Source: Takakia lepidozioides
Lineage: Eukaryota > Plantae > Bryophyta
Assembly: GCA_030704615.1 (NCBI GenBank)
Contig: CM060734.1
Coordinates: 23,560,001-23,624,000 of the forward strand
DNA length: 64,000 bases
Direction: 5' to 3'
In this document: positions 28,701 through 43,478 of the stretch, one piece after another
How the letters are laid out: each line of letters starts with the position of its first letter
How positions within the stretch are numbered: position 1 is the stretch's first letter
The notes under the pieces: model-generated
The model's database searches: none
What the model saw: only the letters and a program-made list of their open reading frames with translations
Told to the model about the DNA's origin: nothing
Made by a program: the position numbers and the translations under genes

Positions 28701-31700
28701 CCACCCCTTGTTTTGGGTAAAACATGTGTACAAAACCAAAGGGGGCAGGTATTGGGACTCAGGTGATGAAGTCTGGCAGGGGTTTACCACCTGGTTATAT
28801 TCAGACAAAACATCTACCAGCAGCATATCATAATTGGGTATTTTTTATGGTGCTATAAAGAGCAAAGCCATAACCAGGAGAAACATAGAAACATTTGAGC
28901 CAAAGAAATGGAACTCATTCTTATCATAAGGTATCTAAATCTGACATAAGGCATCGGCTACGGGGGACCGGCAAACAAGAGTAATGTGCATTGACCGGAT
29001 CATGTATCAGGTGTACACGTCTACTCCAGCAAGCTGTCTTACCGAGGCCTAGCTCAAAACTTCAGCATTCATAAGCCCTGTAGATGTTCTATGCTTATCT
29101 CAGGTACCTTCAAGGATGCCTTGCTCTCCATGCCCAATTAGCCAACATATTTTTGCTGGAGAAGATCTTACCTTATGAAGGACTTGCTTGCTCCACACCG
29201 TGGTCATGGCGGGAGAGGAGGCTGATATCTCATGGCTTTGGCCTTCCCATTGCCTTGGGTTCATCACTTCAATCAGGAACATATTTGATAACCTTTTTGT
29301 CATGCTCAGACCAAGGTGTTAGTAAATCAAACATAAAACTGAAAAACAGAAGGGAGATTGGTTGATAATGTGTACAAGAACCACCAAGTACACTGGTCTA
29401 AATCGGAGAGGGAAGATACTTATGTCTCGTCGAGACATGGACAAAGACCTGACAAGGTCATTGTAAAATTAACGACAAATCGGCCTCATTATCAACCATT
29501 CTTCATTCACAAGTCAGCTTTATGACAAATCCCAGACTTCAAAGTCAACGAAGTCTCTGGGTGGGGGGGGGGTGGGAAAAATTAGAGACTCGATTACCAC
29601 TGTTCATAGCAGGAAACCGTTGTTCAGCATGCTAAAAAGTGCCATTCATGACATGCCATGTCATTCGGTCTGTATTTTTTGGTCAGCTTACATACCAAGG
29701 CATAACCAACCATCCTAATTTATCGTTGGCCCAAAAACTAGTATAGTTTTGGGTTCTTTGTATCATGGGACATACCAAAGCGACTGAGCAGTAAGTATCC
29801 ATGTCCAAATAAAGATCCATTGATCACTGTTCATGGCTGGAAATGTCTGTTTGTCTTAAAGAAGCCATTTATGATCATAGAAGGCTTAAGAACAAAATAA
29901 GAGCATTTCTTTACATAAAGAACATCACCAAAGCAGGGTTACGGACTGATATTTGGCAGCTTATACAACAGGGGGTAATCAGCTGCCCTATTTTGCACAT
30001 CAAGTCACTTATTGACACCATGTTTTTTGCCCCCTGATCTGTTTTAGATCTGGGGCTGGTGTGTAATTTCAATGACAGGGTAGAGTAATATTCCGAACGT
30101 CCTGAACTCCTTATTTGTATAGGTAAGAGGTGTGCCAATGACTTGGGAACAGTGCAAGTATTATTCCATGCCCCAAGACCAAGTTCTATGTCTGGGGTAG
30201 GGAAATCATTACCATAACAGGCTGTAATCAGATTTACATGCCATGCAATCATCCATAGGAAACACAAAGAATCTGAATTGCTCATCCCATCAGGCCTGCA
30301 GGTTACTTTGGTATTATTTATCCTAAAGCAACTTGAATACAATGCCCGAATCATTCTCTTCGCATCTACCAATGTCTTACCGTTTTGGAAAATAGGTAAA
30401 CATTCAAGGGCATATAACCAAGGACCAGATTTGGCCACAAAAAGATCCATCCATATCAGTTTGGCATGGTATCAAGTGTCCTAGAGTAACCGGCTTCTAA
30501 AAGAGGATAAATTCTTTAAAGCCATCAGCTTGTCATATCATTGCTCCATTGTCACATCAGTATGCCATAGGGAACAAGAGATAGTCGCCCTAATGATTGT
30601 CATAAAGTAACAATCGGGAAATCTTATATCAAACTTTTAGTGTTTACCCACCCCTTGTTTTGGGTAAAACATGTGTACAAAACCAAAGGGGGCAGGTATT
30701 GGGACTCAGGTGATGAAGTCTGGCAGGGGTTTACCACCTGGTTATATTCAGACAAAACATCTACCAGCAGCATATCATAATTGGGTATTTTTTATGGTGC
30801 TATAAAGAGCAAAGCCATAACCAGGAGAAACATAGAAACATTTGAGCCAAAGAAATGGAACTCATTCTTATCATAAGGTATCTAAATCTGACATAAGGCA
30901 TCGGCTACGGGGGACCGGCAAACAAGAGTAATGTGCATTGACCGGATCATGTATCAGGTGTACACGTCTACTCCAGCAAGCTGTCTTACCGAGGCCTAGC
31001 TCAAAACTTCAGCATTCATAAGCCCTGTAGATGTTCTATGCTTATCTCAGGTACCTTCAAGGATGCCTTGCTCTCCATGCCCAATTAGCCAACATATTTT
31101 TGCTGGAGAAGATCTTACCTTATGAAGGACTTGCTTGCTCCACACCGTGGTCATGGCGGGAGAGGAGGCTGATATCTCATGGCTTTGGCCTTCCCATTGC
31201 CTTGGGTTCATCACTTCAATCAGGAACATATTTGATAACCTTTTTGTCATGCTCAGACCAAGGTGTTAGTAAATCAAACATAAAACTGAAAAACAGAAGG
31301 GAGATTGGTTGATAATGTGTACAAGAACCACCAAGTACACTGGTCTAAATCGGAGAGGGAAGATACTTATGTCTCGTCGAGACATGGACAAAGACCTGAC
31401 AAGGTCATTGTAAAATTCAACGACAAATCGGCCTCATTATCAACCATTCTTCATTCACAAGTCAGCTTTATGACAAATCCCAGACTTCAAAGTCAACGAA
31501 GTCTCTGGGTGGGAAAAATTAGAGACTCGATTACCACTGTTCATAGCAGGAAACCGTTGTTCAGCATGCTAAAAAGTGCCATTCATGACATGCCATGTCA
31601 TTCGGTCTGTATTTTTTGGTCAGCTTACATACCAAGGCATAACCAACCATCCTAATTTATCGTTGGCCCAAAAACTAGTATAGTTTTGGGTTCTTTGTAT

Positions 31701-34700
31701 CATGGGACATACCAAAGCGACTGAGCAGTAAGTATCCATGTCCAAATAAAGATCCATTGATCACTGTTCATGGCTGGAAATGTCTGTTTGTCTTAAAGAA
31801 GCCATTTATGATCATAGAAGGCTTAAGAACAAAATAAGAGCATTTCTTTACATAAAGAACATCACCAAAGCAGGGTTACGGACTGATATTTGGCAGCTTA
31901 TACAACAGGGGGTAATCAGCTGCCCTATTTTGCACATCAAGTCACTTATTGACACCATGTTTTTTGCCCCCTGATCTGTTTTAGATCTGGGGCTGGTGTG
32001 TAATTTCAATGACAGGGTAGAGTAATATTCCGAACGTCCTGAACTCCTTATTTGTATAGGTAAGAGGTGTGCCAATGGCTTGGGAACAGTGCAAGTATTA
32101 TTCCATGCCCCAAGACCAAGTTCTATGTCTGGGGTAGGGAAATCATTACCATAACAGGCTGTAATCAGATTTACATGCCATGCAATCATCCATAGGAAAC
32201 ACAAAGAATCTGAATTGCTCATCCCATCAGGCCTGCAGGTTACTTTGGTATTATTTATCCTAAAGCAACTTGAATACAATGCCCGAATCATTCTCTTCGC
32301 ATCTACCAATGTCTTACCGTTTTGGAAAATAGGTAAACATTCAAGGGCATATAACCAAGGACCAGATTTGGCCACAAAAAGATCCATCCATATCAGTTTG
32401 GCATGGTATCAAGTGTCCTAGAGTAACCGGCTTCTAAAAGAGGAGATAAATTCTTTAAAGCCATCAGCTTGTCATATCATTGCTCCATTGTCACATCAGT
32501 ATGCCATAGGGAACAAGAGATAGTCGCCCTAATGATTGTCATAAAGTAACAATCGGGAAATCTTATATCAAACTTTTAGTGTTTACCCACCCCTTGTTTT
32601 GGGTAAAACATGTGTACAAAACCAAAGGGGGCAGGTATTGGGACTCAGGTGATGAAGTCTGGCAGGGGTTTACCACCTGGTTATATTCAGACAAAACATC
32701 TACCAGCAGCATATCATAATTGGGTATTTTTTATGGTGCTATAAAGAGCAAAGCCATAACCAGGAGAAACATAGAAACATTTGAGCCAAAGAAATGGAAC
32801 TCATTCTTATCATAAGGTATCTAAATCTGACATAAGGCATCGGCTACGGGGGACCGGCAAACAAGAGTAATGTGCATTGACCGGATCATGTATCAGGTGT
32901 ACACGTCTACTCCAGCAAGCTGTCTTACCGAGGCCTAGCTCAAAACTTCAGCATTCATAAGCCCTGTAGATGTTCTATGCTTATCTCAGGTACCTTCAAG
33001 GATGCCTTGCTCTCCATGCCCAATTAGCCAACATATTTTTGCTGGAGAAGATCTTACCTTATGAAGGACTTGCTTGCTCCACACCGTGGTCATGGCGGGA
33101 GAGGAGGCTGATATCTCATGGCTTTGGCCTTCCCATTGCCTTGGGTTCATCACTTCAATCAGGAACATATTTGATAACCTTTTTGTCATGCTCAGACCAA
33201 GGTGTTAGTAAATCAAACATAAAACTGAAAAACAGAAGGGAGATTGGTTGATAATGTGTACAAGAACCACCAAGTACACTGGTCTAAATCAGAGAGGGAA
33301 GATACTTATGTCTCGTCGAGACATGGACAAAGACCTGACAAGGTCATTGTAAAATTAACGACAAATCGGCCTCATTATCAACCATTCTTCATTCACAAGT
33401 CAGCTTTATGACAAATCCCAGACTTCAAAGTCAACGAAGTCTCTGGGTGGGTGGGAAAAATTAGAGACTCGATTACCACTGTTCATAGCAGGAAACCGTT
33501 GTTCAGCATGCTAAAAAGTGCCATTCATGACATGCCATGTCATTCGGTCTGTATTTTTTGGTCAGCTTACATACCAAGGCATAACCAACCATCCTAATTT
33601 ATCGTTGGCCCAAAAACTAGTATAGTTTTGGGTTCTTTGTATCATGGGACATACCAAAGCGACTGAGCAGTAAGTATCCATGTCCAAATAAAGATCCATT
33701 GATCACTGTTCATGGCTGGAAATGTCTGTTTGTCTTAAAGAAGCCATTTATGATCATAGAAGGCTTAAGAACAAAATAAGAGCATTTCTTTACATAAAGA
33801 ACATCACCAAAGCAGGGTTACGGACTGATATTTGGCAGCTTATACAACAGGGGGTAATCAGCTGCCCTATTTTGCACATCAAGTCACTTATTGACACCAT
33901 GTTTTTTGCCCCCTGATCTGTTTTAGATCTGGGGCTGGTGTGTAATTTCAATGACAGGGCAGAGTAATATTCCGAACGTCCTGAACTCCTTATTTGTATA
34001 GGTAAGAGGTGTGCCAATGACTTGGGAACAGTGCAAGTATTATTCCATGCCCCAAGACCAAGTTCTATGTCTGGGGTAGGGAAATCATTACCATAACAGG
34101 CTGTAATCAGATTTACATGCCATGCAATCATCCATAGGAAACACAAAGAATCTGAATTGCTCATCCCATCAGGCCTGCAGGTTACTTTGGTATTATTTAT
34201 CCTAAAGCAACTTGAATACAATGCCCGAATCATTCTCTTCGCATCTACCAATGTCTTACCGTTTTGGAAAATAGGTAAACATTCAAGGGCATATAACCAA
34301 GGACCAGATTTGGCCACAAAAAGATCCATCCATATCAGTTTGGCATGGTATCAAGTGTCCTAGAGTAACCGGCTTCTAAAAGAGGCTAAGTTTCCAATGC
34401 TTGTACATTCAAGAACACTGTCTGGTCATGAAAACAGGTCTGCCCTACATTGTAGCATGTTACCAGATAAATTCTTTAAAGCCATCAGCTTGTCATATCA
34501 TTGCTCCATTGTCACATCAGTATGCCATAGGGAACAAGAGATAGTCGCCCTAATGATTGTCATAAAGTAACAATCGGGAAATCTTATATCAAACTTTTAG
34601 TGTTTACCCACCCCTTGTTTTGGGTAAAACATGTGTACAAAACCAAAGGGGGCAGGTATTGGGACTCAGGTAATGAAGTCTGGCAGGGGTTTACCACCTG

Positions 34701-37700
34701 GTTATATTCAGACAAAACATCTACCAGCAGCATATCATAATTGGGTATTTTTTATGGTGCTATAAAGAGCAAAGCCATAACCAGGAGAAACATAGAAACA
34801 TTTGAGCCAAAGAAATGGAACTCATTCTTATCATAAGGTATCTAAATCTGACATAAGGCATCGGCTACGGGGGACCGGCAAACAAGAGTAATGTGCATTG
34901 ACCGGATCATGTATCAGGTGTACACGTCTACTCCAGCAAGCTGTCTTACCGAGGCCTAGCTCAAAACTTCAGCATTCATAAGCCCTGTAGATGTTCTATG
35001 CTTATCTCAGGTACCTTCAAGGATGCCTTGCTCTCCATGCCCAATTAGCCAACATATTTTTGCTGGAGAAGATCTTACCTTATGAAGGACTTGCTTGCTC
35101 CACACCGTGGTCATGGCGGGAGAGGAGGCTGATATCTCATGGCTTTGGCCTTCCCATTGCCTTGGGTTCATCACTTCAATCAGGAACATATTTGATAACC
35201 TTTTTGTCATGCTCAGACCAAGGTGTTAGTAAATCAAACATAAAACTGAAAAACAGAAGGGAGATTGGTTGATAATGTGTACAAGAACCACCAAGTACAC
35301 TGGTCTAAATCAGAGAGGGAAGATACTTATGTCTCGTCGAGACATGGACAAAGACCTGACAAGGTCATTGTAAAATTAACGACAAATCGGCCTCATTATC
35401 AACCATTCTTCATTCACAAGTCAGCTTTATGACAAATCCCAGACTTCAAAGTCAACGAAGTCTCTGGGTGGGTGGGAAAAATTAGAGACTCGATTACCAC
35501 TGTTCATAGCAGGAAACCGTTGTTCAGCATGCTAAAAAGTGCCATTCATGACATGCCATGTCATTCGGTCTGTATTTTTTGGTCAGCTTACATACCAAGG
35601 CATAACCAACCATCCTAATTTATCGTTGGCCCAAAAACTAGTATAGTTTTGGGTTCTTTGTATCATGGGACATACCAAAGCGACTGAGCAGTAAGTATCC
35701 ATGTCCAAATAAAGATCCATTGATCACTGTTCATGGCTGGAAATGTCTGTTTGTCTTAAAGAAGCCATTTATGATCATAGAAGGCTTAAGAACAAAATAA
35801 GAGCATTTCTTTACATAAAGAACATCACCAAAGCAGGGTTACGGACTGATATTTGGCAGCTTATACAACAGGGGGTAATCAGCTGCCCTATTTTGCACAT
35901 CAAGTCACTTATTGACACCATGTTTTTTGCCCCCTGATCTGTTTTAGATCTGGGGCTGGTGTGTAATTTCAATGACAGGGCAGAGTAATATTCCGAACGT
36001 CCTGAACTCCTTATTTGTATAGGTAAGAGGTGTGCCAATGACTTGGGAACAGTGCAAGTATTATTCCATGCCCCAAGACCAAGTTCTATGTCTGGGGTAG
36101 GGAAATCATTACCATAACAGGCTGTAATCAGATTTACATGCCATGCAATCATCCATAGGAAACACAAAGAATCTGAATTGCTCATCCCATCAGGCCTGCA
36201 GGTTACTTTGGTATTATTTATCCTAAAGCAACTTGAATACAATGCCCGAATCATTCTCTTCGCATCTACCAATGTCTTACCGTTTTGGAAAATAGGTAAA
36301 CATTCAAGGGCATATAACCAAGGACCAGATTTGGCCACAAAAAGATCCATCCATATCAGTTTGGCATGGTATCAAGTGTCCTAGAGTAACCGGCTTCTAA
36401 AAGAGGCTAAGTTTCCAATGCTTGTACATTCAAGAACACTGTCTGGTCATGAAAACAGGTCTGCCCTACATTGTAGCATGTTACCAGATAAATTCTTTAA
36501 AGCCATCAGCTTGTCATATCATTGCTCCATTGTCACATCAGTATGCCATAGGGAACAAGAGATAGTCGCCCTAATGATTGTCATAAAGTAACAATCGGGA
36601 AATCTTATATCAAACTTTTAGTGTTTACCCACCCCTTGTTTTGGGTAAAACATGTGTACAAAACCAAAGGGGGCAGGTATTGGGACTCAGGTAATGAAGT
36701 CTGGCAGGGGTTTACCACCTGGTTATATTCAGACAAAACATCTACCAGCAGCATATCATAATTGGGTATTTTTTATGGTGCTATAAAGAGCAAAGCCATA
36801 ACCAGGAGAAACATAGAAACATTTGAGCCAAAGAAATGGAACTCATTCTTATCATAAGGTATCTAAATCTGACATAAGGCATCGGCTACGGGGGACCGGC
36901 AAACAAGAGTAATGTGCATTGACCGGATCATGTATCAGGTGTACACGTCTACTCCAGCAAGCTGTCTTACCGAGGCCTAGCTCAAAACTTCAGCATTCAT
37001 AAGCCCTGTAGATGTTCTATGCTTATCTCAGGTACCTTCAAGGATGCCTTGCTCTCCATGCCCAATTAGCCAACATATTTTTGCTGGAGAAGATCTTACC
37101 TTATGAAGGACTTGCTTGCTCCACACCGTGGTCATGGCGGGAGAGGAGGCTGATATCTCATGGCTTTGGCCTTCCCATTGCCTTGGGTTCATCACTTCAA
37201 TCAGGAACATATTTGATAACCTTTTTGTCATGCTCAGACCAAGGTGTTAGTAAATCAAACATAAAACTGAAAAACAGAAGGGAGATTGGTTGATAATGTG
37301 TACAAGAACCACCAAGTACACTGGTCTAAATCAGAGAGGGAAGATACTTATGTCTCGTCGAGACATGGACAAAGACCTGACAAGGTCATTGTAAAATTAA
37401 CGACAAATCGGCCTCATTATCAACCATTCTTCATTCACAAGTCAGCTTTATGACAAATCCCAGACTTCAAAGTCAACGAAGTCTCTGGGTGGGTGGGAAA
37501 AATTAGAGACTCGATTACCACTGTTCATAGCAGGAAACCGTTGTTCAGCATGCTAAAAAGTGCCATTCATGACATGCCATGTCATTCGGTCTGTATTTTT
37601 TGGTCAGCTTACATACCAAGGCATAACCAACCATCCTAATTTATCGTTGGCCCAAAAACTAGTATAGTTTTGGGTTCTTTGTATCATGGGACATACCAAA

Positions 37701-40700
37701 GCGACTGAGCAGTAAGTATCCATGTCCAAATAAAGATCCATTGATCACTGTTCATGGCTGGAAATGTCTGTTTGTCTTAAAGAAGCCATTTATGATCATA
37801 GAAGGCTTAAGAACAAAATAAGAGCATTTCTTTACATAAAGAACATCACCAAAGCAGGGTTACGGACTGATATTTGGCAGCTTATACAACAGGGGGTAAT
37901 CAGCTGCCCTATTTTGCACATCAAGTCACTTATTGACACCATGTTTTTTGCCCCCTGATCTGTTTTAGATCTGGGGCTGGTGTGTAATTTCAATGACAGG
38001 GCAGAGTAATATTCCGAACGTCCTGAACTCCTTATTTGTATAGGTAAGAGGTGTGCCAATGACTTGGGAACAGTGCAAGTATTATTCCATGCCCCAAGAC
38101 CAAGTTCTATGTCTGGGGTAGGGAAATCATTACCATAACAGGCTGTAATCAGATTTACATGCCATGCAATCATCCATAGGAAACACAAAGAATCTGAATT
38201 GCTCATCCCATCAGGCCTGCAGGTTACTTTGGTATTATTTATCCTAAAGCAACTTGAATACAATGCCCGAATCATTCTCTTCGCATCTACCAATGTCTTA
38301 CCGTTTTGGAAAATAGGTAAACATTCAAGGGCATATAACCAAGGACCAGATTTGGCCACAAAAAGATCCATCCATATCAGTTTGGCATGGTATCAAGTGT
38401 CCTAGAGTAACCGGCTTCTAAAAGAGGCTAAGTTTCCAATGCTTGTACATTCAAGAACACTGTCTGGTCATGAAAACAGGTCTGCCCTACATTGTAGCAT
38501 GTTACCAGATAAATTCTTTAAAGCCATCAGCTTGTCATATCATTGCTCCATTGTCACATCAGTATGCCATAGGGAACAAGAGATAGTCGCCCTAATGATT
38601 GTCATAAAGTAACAATCGGGAAATCTTATATCAAACTTTTAGTGTTTACCCACCCCTTGTTTTGGGTAAAACATGTGTACAAAACCAAAGGGGGCAGGTA
38701 TTGGGACTCAGGTAATGAAGTCTGGCAGGGGTTTACCACCTGGTTATATTCAGACAAAACATCTACCAGCAGCATATCATAATTGGGTATTTTTTATGGT
38801 GCTATAAAGAGCAAAGCCATAACCAGGAGAAACATAGAAACATTTGAGCCAAAGAAATGGAACTCATTCTTATCATAAGGTATCTAAATCTGACATAAGG
38901 CATCGGCTACGGGGGACCGGCAAACAAGAGTAATGTGCATTGACCGGATCATGTATCAGGTGTACACGTCTACTCCAGCAAGCTGTCTTACCGAGGCCTA
39001 GCTCAAAACTTCAGCATTCATAAGCCCTGTAGATGTTCTATGCTTATCTCAGGTACCTTCAAGGATGCCTTGCTCTCCATGCCCAATTAGCCAACATATT
39101 TTTGCTGGAGAAGATCTTACCTTATGAAGGACTTGCTTGCTCCACACCGTGGTCATGGCGGGAGAGGAGGCTGATATCTCATGGCTTTGGCCTTCCCATT
39201 GCCTTGGGTTCATCACTTCAATCAGGAACATATTTGATAACCTTTTTGTCATGCTCAGACCAAGGTGTTAGTAAATCAAACATAAAACTGAAAAACAGAA
39301 GGGAGATTGGTTGATAATGTGTACAAGAACCACCAAGTACACTGGTCTAAATCAGAGAGGGAAGATACTTATGTCTCGTCGAGACATGGACAAAGACCTG
39401 ACAAGGTCATTGTAAAATTAACGACAAATCGGCCTCATTATCAACCATTCTTCATTCACAAGTCAGCTTTATGACAAATCCCAGACTTCAAAGTCAACGA
39501 AGTCTCTGGGTGGGGGGAAAAATTAGAGACTCGATTACCACTGTTCATAGCAGGAAACCGTTGTTCAGCATGCTAAAAAGTGCCATTCATGACATGCCAT
39601 GTCATTCGGTCTGTATTTTTTGGTCAGCTTACATACCAAGGCATAACCAACCATCCTAATTTATCGTTGGCCCAAAAACTAGTATAGTTTTGGGTTCTTT
39701 GTATCATGGGACATACCAAAGCGACTGAGCAGTAAGTATCCATGTCCAAATAAAGATCCATTGATCACTGTTCATGGCTGGAAATGTCTGTTTGTCTTAA
39801 AGAAGCCATTTATGATCATAGAAGGCTTAAGAACAAAATAAGAGCATTTCTTTACATAAAGAACATCACCAAAGCAGGGTTACGGACTGATATTTGGCAG
39901 CTTATACAACAGGGGGTAATCAGCTGCCCTATTTTGCACATCAAGTCACTTATTGACACCATGTTTTTTGCCCCCTGATCTGTTTTAGATCTGGGGCTGG
40001 TGTGTAATTTCAATGACAGGGCAGAGTAATATTCCGAACGTCCTGAACTCCTTATTTGTATAGGTAAGAGGTGTGCCAATGACTTGGGAACAGTGCAAGT
40101 ATTATTCCATGCCCCAAGACCAAGTTCTATGTCTGGGGTAGGGAAATCATTACCATAACAGGCTGTAATCAGATTTACATGCCATGCAATCATCCATAGG
40201 AAACACAAAGAATCTGAATTGCTCATCCCATCAGGCCTGCAGGTTACTTTGGTATTATTTATCCTAAAGCAACTTGAATACAATGCCCGAATCATTCTCT
40301 TCGCATCTACCAATGTCTTACCGTTTTGGAAAATAGGTAAACATTCAAGGGCATATAACCAAGGACCAGATTTGGCCACAAAAAGATCCATCCATATCAG
40401 TTTGGCATGGTATCAAGTGTCCTAGAGTAACCGGCTTCTAAAAGAGGCTAAGTTTCCAATGCTTGTACATTCAAGAACACTGTCTGGTCATGAAAACAGG
40501 TCTGCCCTACATTGTAGCATGTTACCAGATAAATTCTTTAAAGCCATCAGCTTGTCATATCATTGCTCCATTGTCACATCAGTATGCCATAGGGAACAAG
40601 AGATAGTCGCCCTAATGATTGTCATAAAGTAACAATCGGGAAATCTTATATCAAACTTTTAGTGTTTACCCACCCCTTGTTTTGGGTAAAACATGTGTAC

Positions 40701-43478
40701 AAAACCAAAGGGGGCAGGTATTGGGACTCAGGTAATGAAGTCTGGCAGGGGTTTACCACCTGGTTATATTCAGACAAAACATCTACCAGCAGCATATCAT
40801 AATTGGGTATTTTTTATGGTGCTATAAAGAGCAAAGCCATAACCAGGAGAAACATAGAAACATTTGAGCCAAAGAAATGGAACTCATTCTTATCATAAGG
40901 TATCTAAATCTGACATAAGGCATCGGCTACGGGGGACCGGCAAACAAGAGTAATGTGCATTGACCGGATCATGTATCAGGTGTACACGTCTACTCCAGCA
41001 AGCTGTCTTACCGAGGCCTAGCTCAAAACTTCAGCATTCATAAGCCCTGTAGATGTTCTATGCTTATCTCAGGTACCTTCAAGGATGCCTTGCTCTCCAT
41101 GCCCAATTAGCCAACATATTTTTGCTGGAGAAGATCTTACCTTATGAAGGACTTGCTTGCTCCACACCGTGGTCATGGCGGGAGAGGAGGCTGATATCTC
41201 ATGGCTTTGGCCTTCCCATTGCCTTGGGTTCATCACTTCAATCAGGAACATATTTGATAACCTTTTGTCATGCTCAGACCAAGGTGTTAGTAAATCAAAC
41301 ATAAAACTGAAAAACAGAAGGGAGATTGGTTGATAATGTGTACAAGAACCACCAAGTACACTGGTCTAAATCAGAGAGGGAAGATACTTATGTCTCGTCG
41401 AGACATGGACAAAGACCTGACAAGGTCATTGTAAAATTAACGACAAATCGGCCTCATTATCAACCATTCTTCATTCACAAGTCAGCTTTATGACAAATCC
41501 CAGACTTCAAAGTCAACGAAGTCTCTGGGTGGGAAAAATTAGAGACTCGATTACCACTGTTCATAGCAGGAAACCGTTGTTCAGCATGCTAAAAAGTGCC
41601 ATTCATGACATGCCATGTCATTCGGTCTGTATTTTTTGGTCAGCTTACATACCAAGGCATAACCAACCATCCTAATTTATCGTTGGCCCAAAAACTAGTA
41701 TAGTTTTGGGTTCTTTGTATCATGGGACATACCAAAGCGACTGAGCAGTAAGTATCCATGTCCAAATAAAGATCCATTGATCACTGTTCATGGCTGGAAA
41801 TGTCTGTTTGTCTTAAAGAAGCCATTTATGATCATAGAAGGCTTAAGAACAAAATAAGAGCATTTCTTTACATAAAGAACATCACCAAAGCAGGGTTACG
41901 GACTGATATTTGGCAGCTTATACAACAGGGGGTAATCAGCTGCCCTATTTTGCACATCAAGTCACTTATTGACACCATGTTTTTTGCCCCCTGATCTGTT
42001 TTAGATCTGGGGCTGGTGTGTAATTTCAATGACAGGGCAGAGTAATATTCCGAACGTCCTGAACTCCTTATTTGTATAGGTAAGAGGTGTGCCAATGACT
42101 TGGGAACAGTGCAAGTATTATTCCATGCCCCAAGACCAAGTTCTATGTCTGGGGTAGGGAAATCATTACCATAACAGGCTGTAATCAGATTTACATGCCA
42201 TGCAATCATCCATAGGAAACACAAAGAATCTGAATTGCTCATCCCATCAGGCCTGCAGGTTACTTTGGTATTATTTATCCTAAAGCAACTTGAATACAAT
42301 GCCCGAATCATTCTCTTCGCATCTACCAATGTCTTACCGTTTTGGAAAATGGGTAAACATTCAAGGGCATATAACCAAGGACCAGATTTGGCCACAAAAA
42401 GATCCATCCATATCAGTTTGGCATGGTATCAAGTGTCCTAGAGTAACCGGCTTCTAAAAGAGGCTAAGTTTCCAATGCTTGTACATTCAAGAACACTGTC
42501 TGGTCATGAAAACAGGTCTGCCCTACATTGTAGCATGTTACCAGATAAATTCTTTAAAGCCATCAGCTTGTCATATCATTGCTCCATTGTCACATCAGTA
42601 TGCCATAGGGAACAAGAGATAGTCGCCCTAATGATTGTCATAAAGTAACAATCGGGAAATCTTATATCAAACTTTTAGTGTTTACCCACCCCTTGTTTTG
42701 GGTAAAACATGTGTACAAAACCAAAGGGGGCAGGTATTGGGACTCAGGTAATGAAGTCTGGCAGGGGTTTACCACCTGGTTATATTCAGACAAAACATCT
42801 ACCAGCAGCATATCATAATTGGGTATTTTTTATGGTGCTATAAAGAGCAAAGCCATAACCAGGAGAAACATAGAAACATTTGAGCCAAAGAAATGGAACT
42901 CATTCTTATCATAAGGTATCTAAATCTGACATAAGGCATCGGCTACGGGGGACCGGCAAACAAGAGTAATGTGCATTGACCGGATCATGTATCAGGTGTA
43001 CACGTCTACTCCAGCAAGCTGTCTTACCGAGGCCTAGCTCAAAACTTCAGCATTCATAAGCCCTGTAGATGTTCTATGCTTATCTCAGGTACCTTCAAGG
43101 ATGCCTTGCTCTCCATGCCCAATTAGCCAACATATTTTTGCTGGAGAAGATCTTACCTTATGAAGGACTTGCTTGCTCCACACCGTGGTCATGGCGGGAG
43201 AGGAGGCTGATATCTCATGGCTTTGGCCTTCCCATTGCCTTGGGTTCATCACTTCAATCAGGAACATATTTGATAACCTTTTTGTCATGCTCAGACCAAG
43301 GTGTTAGTAAATCAAACATAAAACTGAAAAACAGAAGGGAGATTGGTTGATAATGTGTACAAGAACCACCAAGTACACTGGTCTAAATCAGAGAGGGAAG
43401 ATACTTATGTCTCGTCGAGACATGGACAAAGACCTGACAAGGTCATTGTAAAATTAACGACAAATCGGCCTCATTATC
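13794..43478. repeat. Head-to-tail tandem array of a ~2.02-kb unit, ~14.7 near-identical copies
   Basis: The same 179-codon minus-strand ORF starts at 14236, 16265, 18291, 20318, 22338, 24363, 26392, 28422, 30450, 32387, 34329, 36350, 38371, 40391 and 42407. Periods are 2016-2030 bp, except 1937 and 1942 for two deleted units. Confidence 0.98.

Noticed and set aside
13794-43478. Array as rDNA, integrated CRESS virus or retrozyme
   Set aside because: No rRNA/5S sequence, no Rep motifs, no nonanucleotide in a proper stem-loop (only GAATATTAC without a stem), and no hammerhead core recognised.
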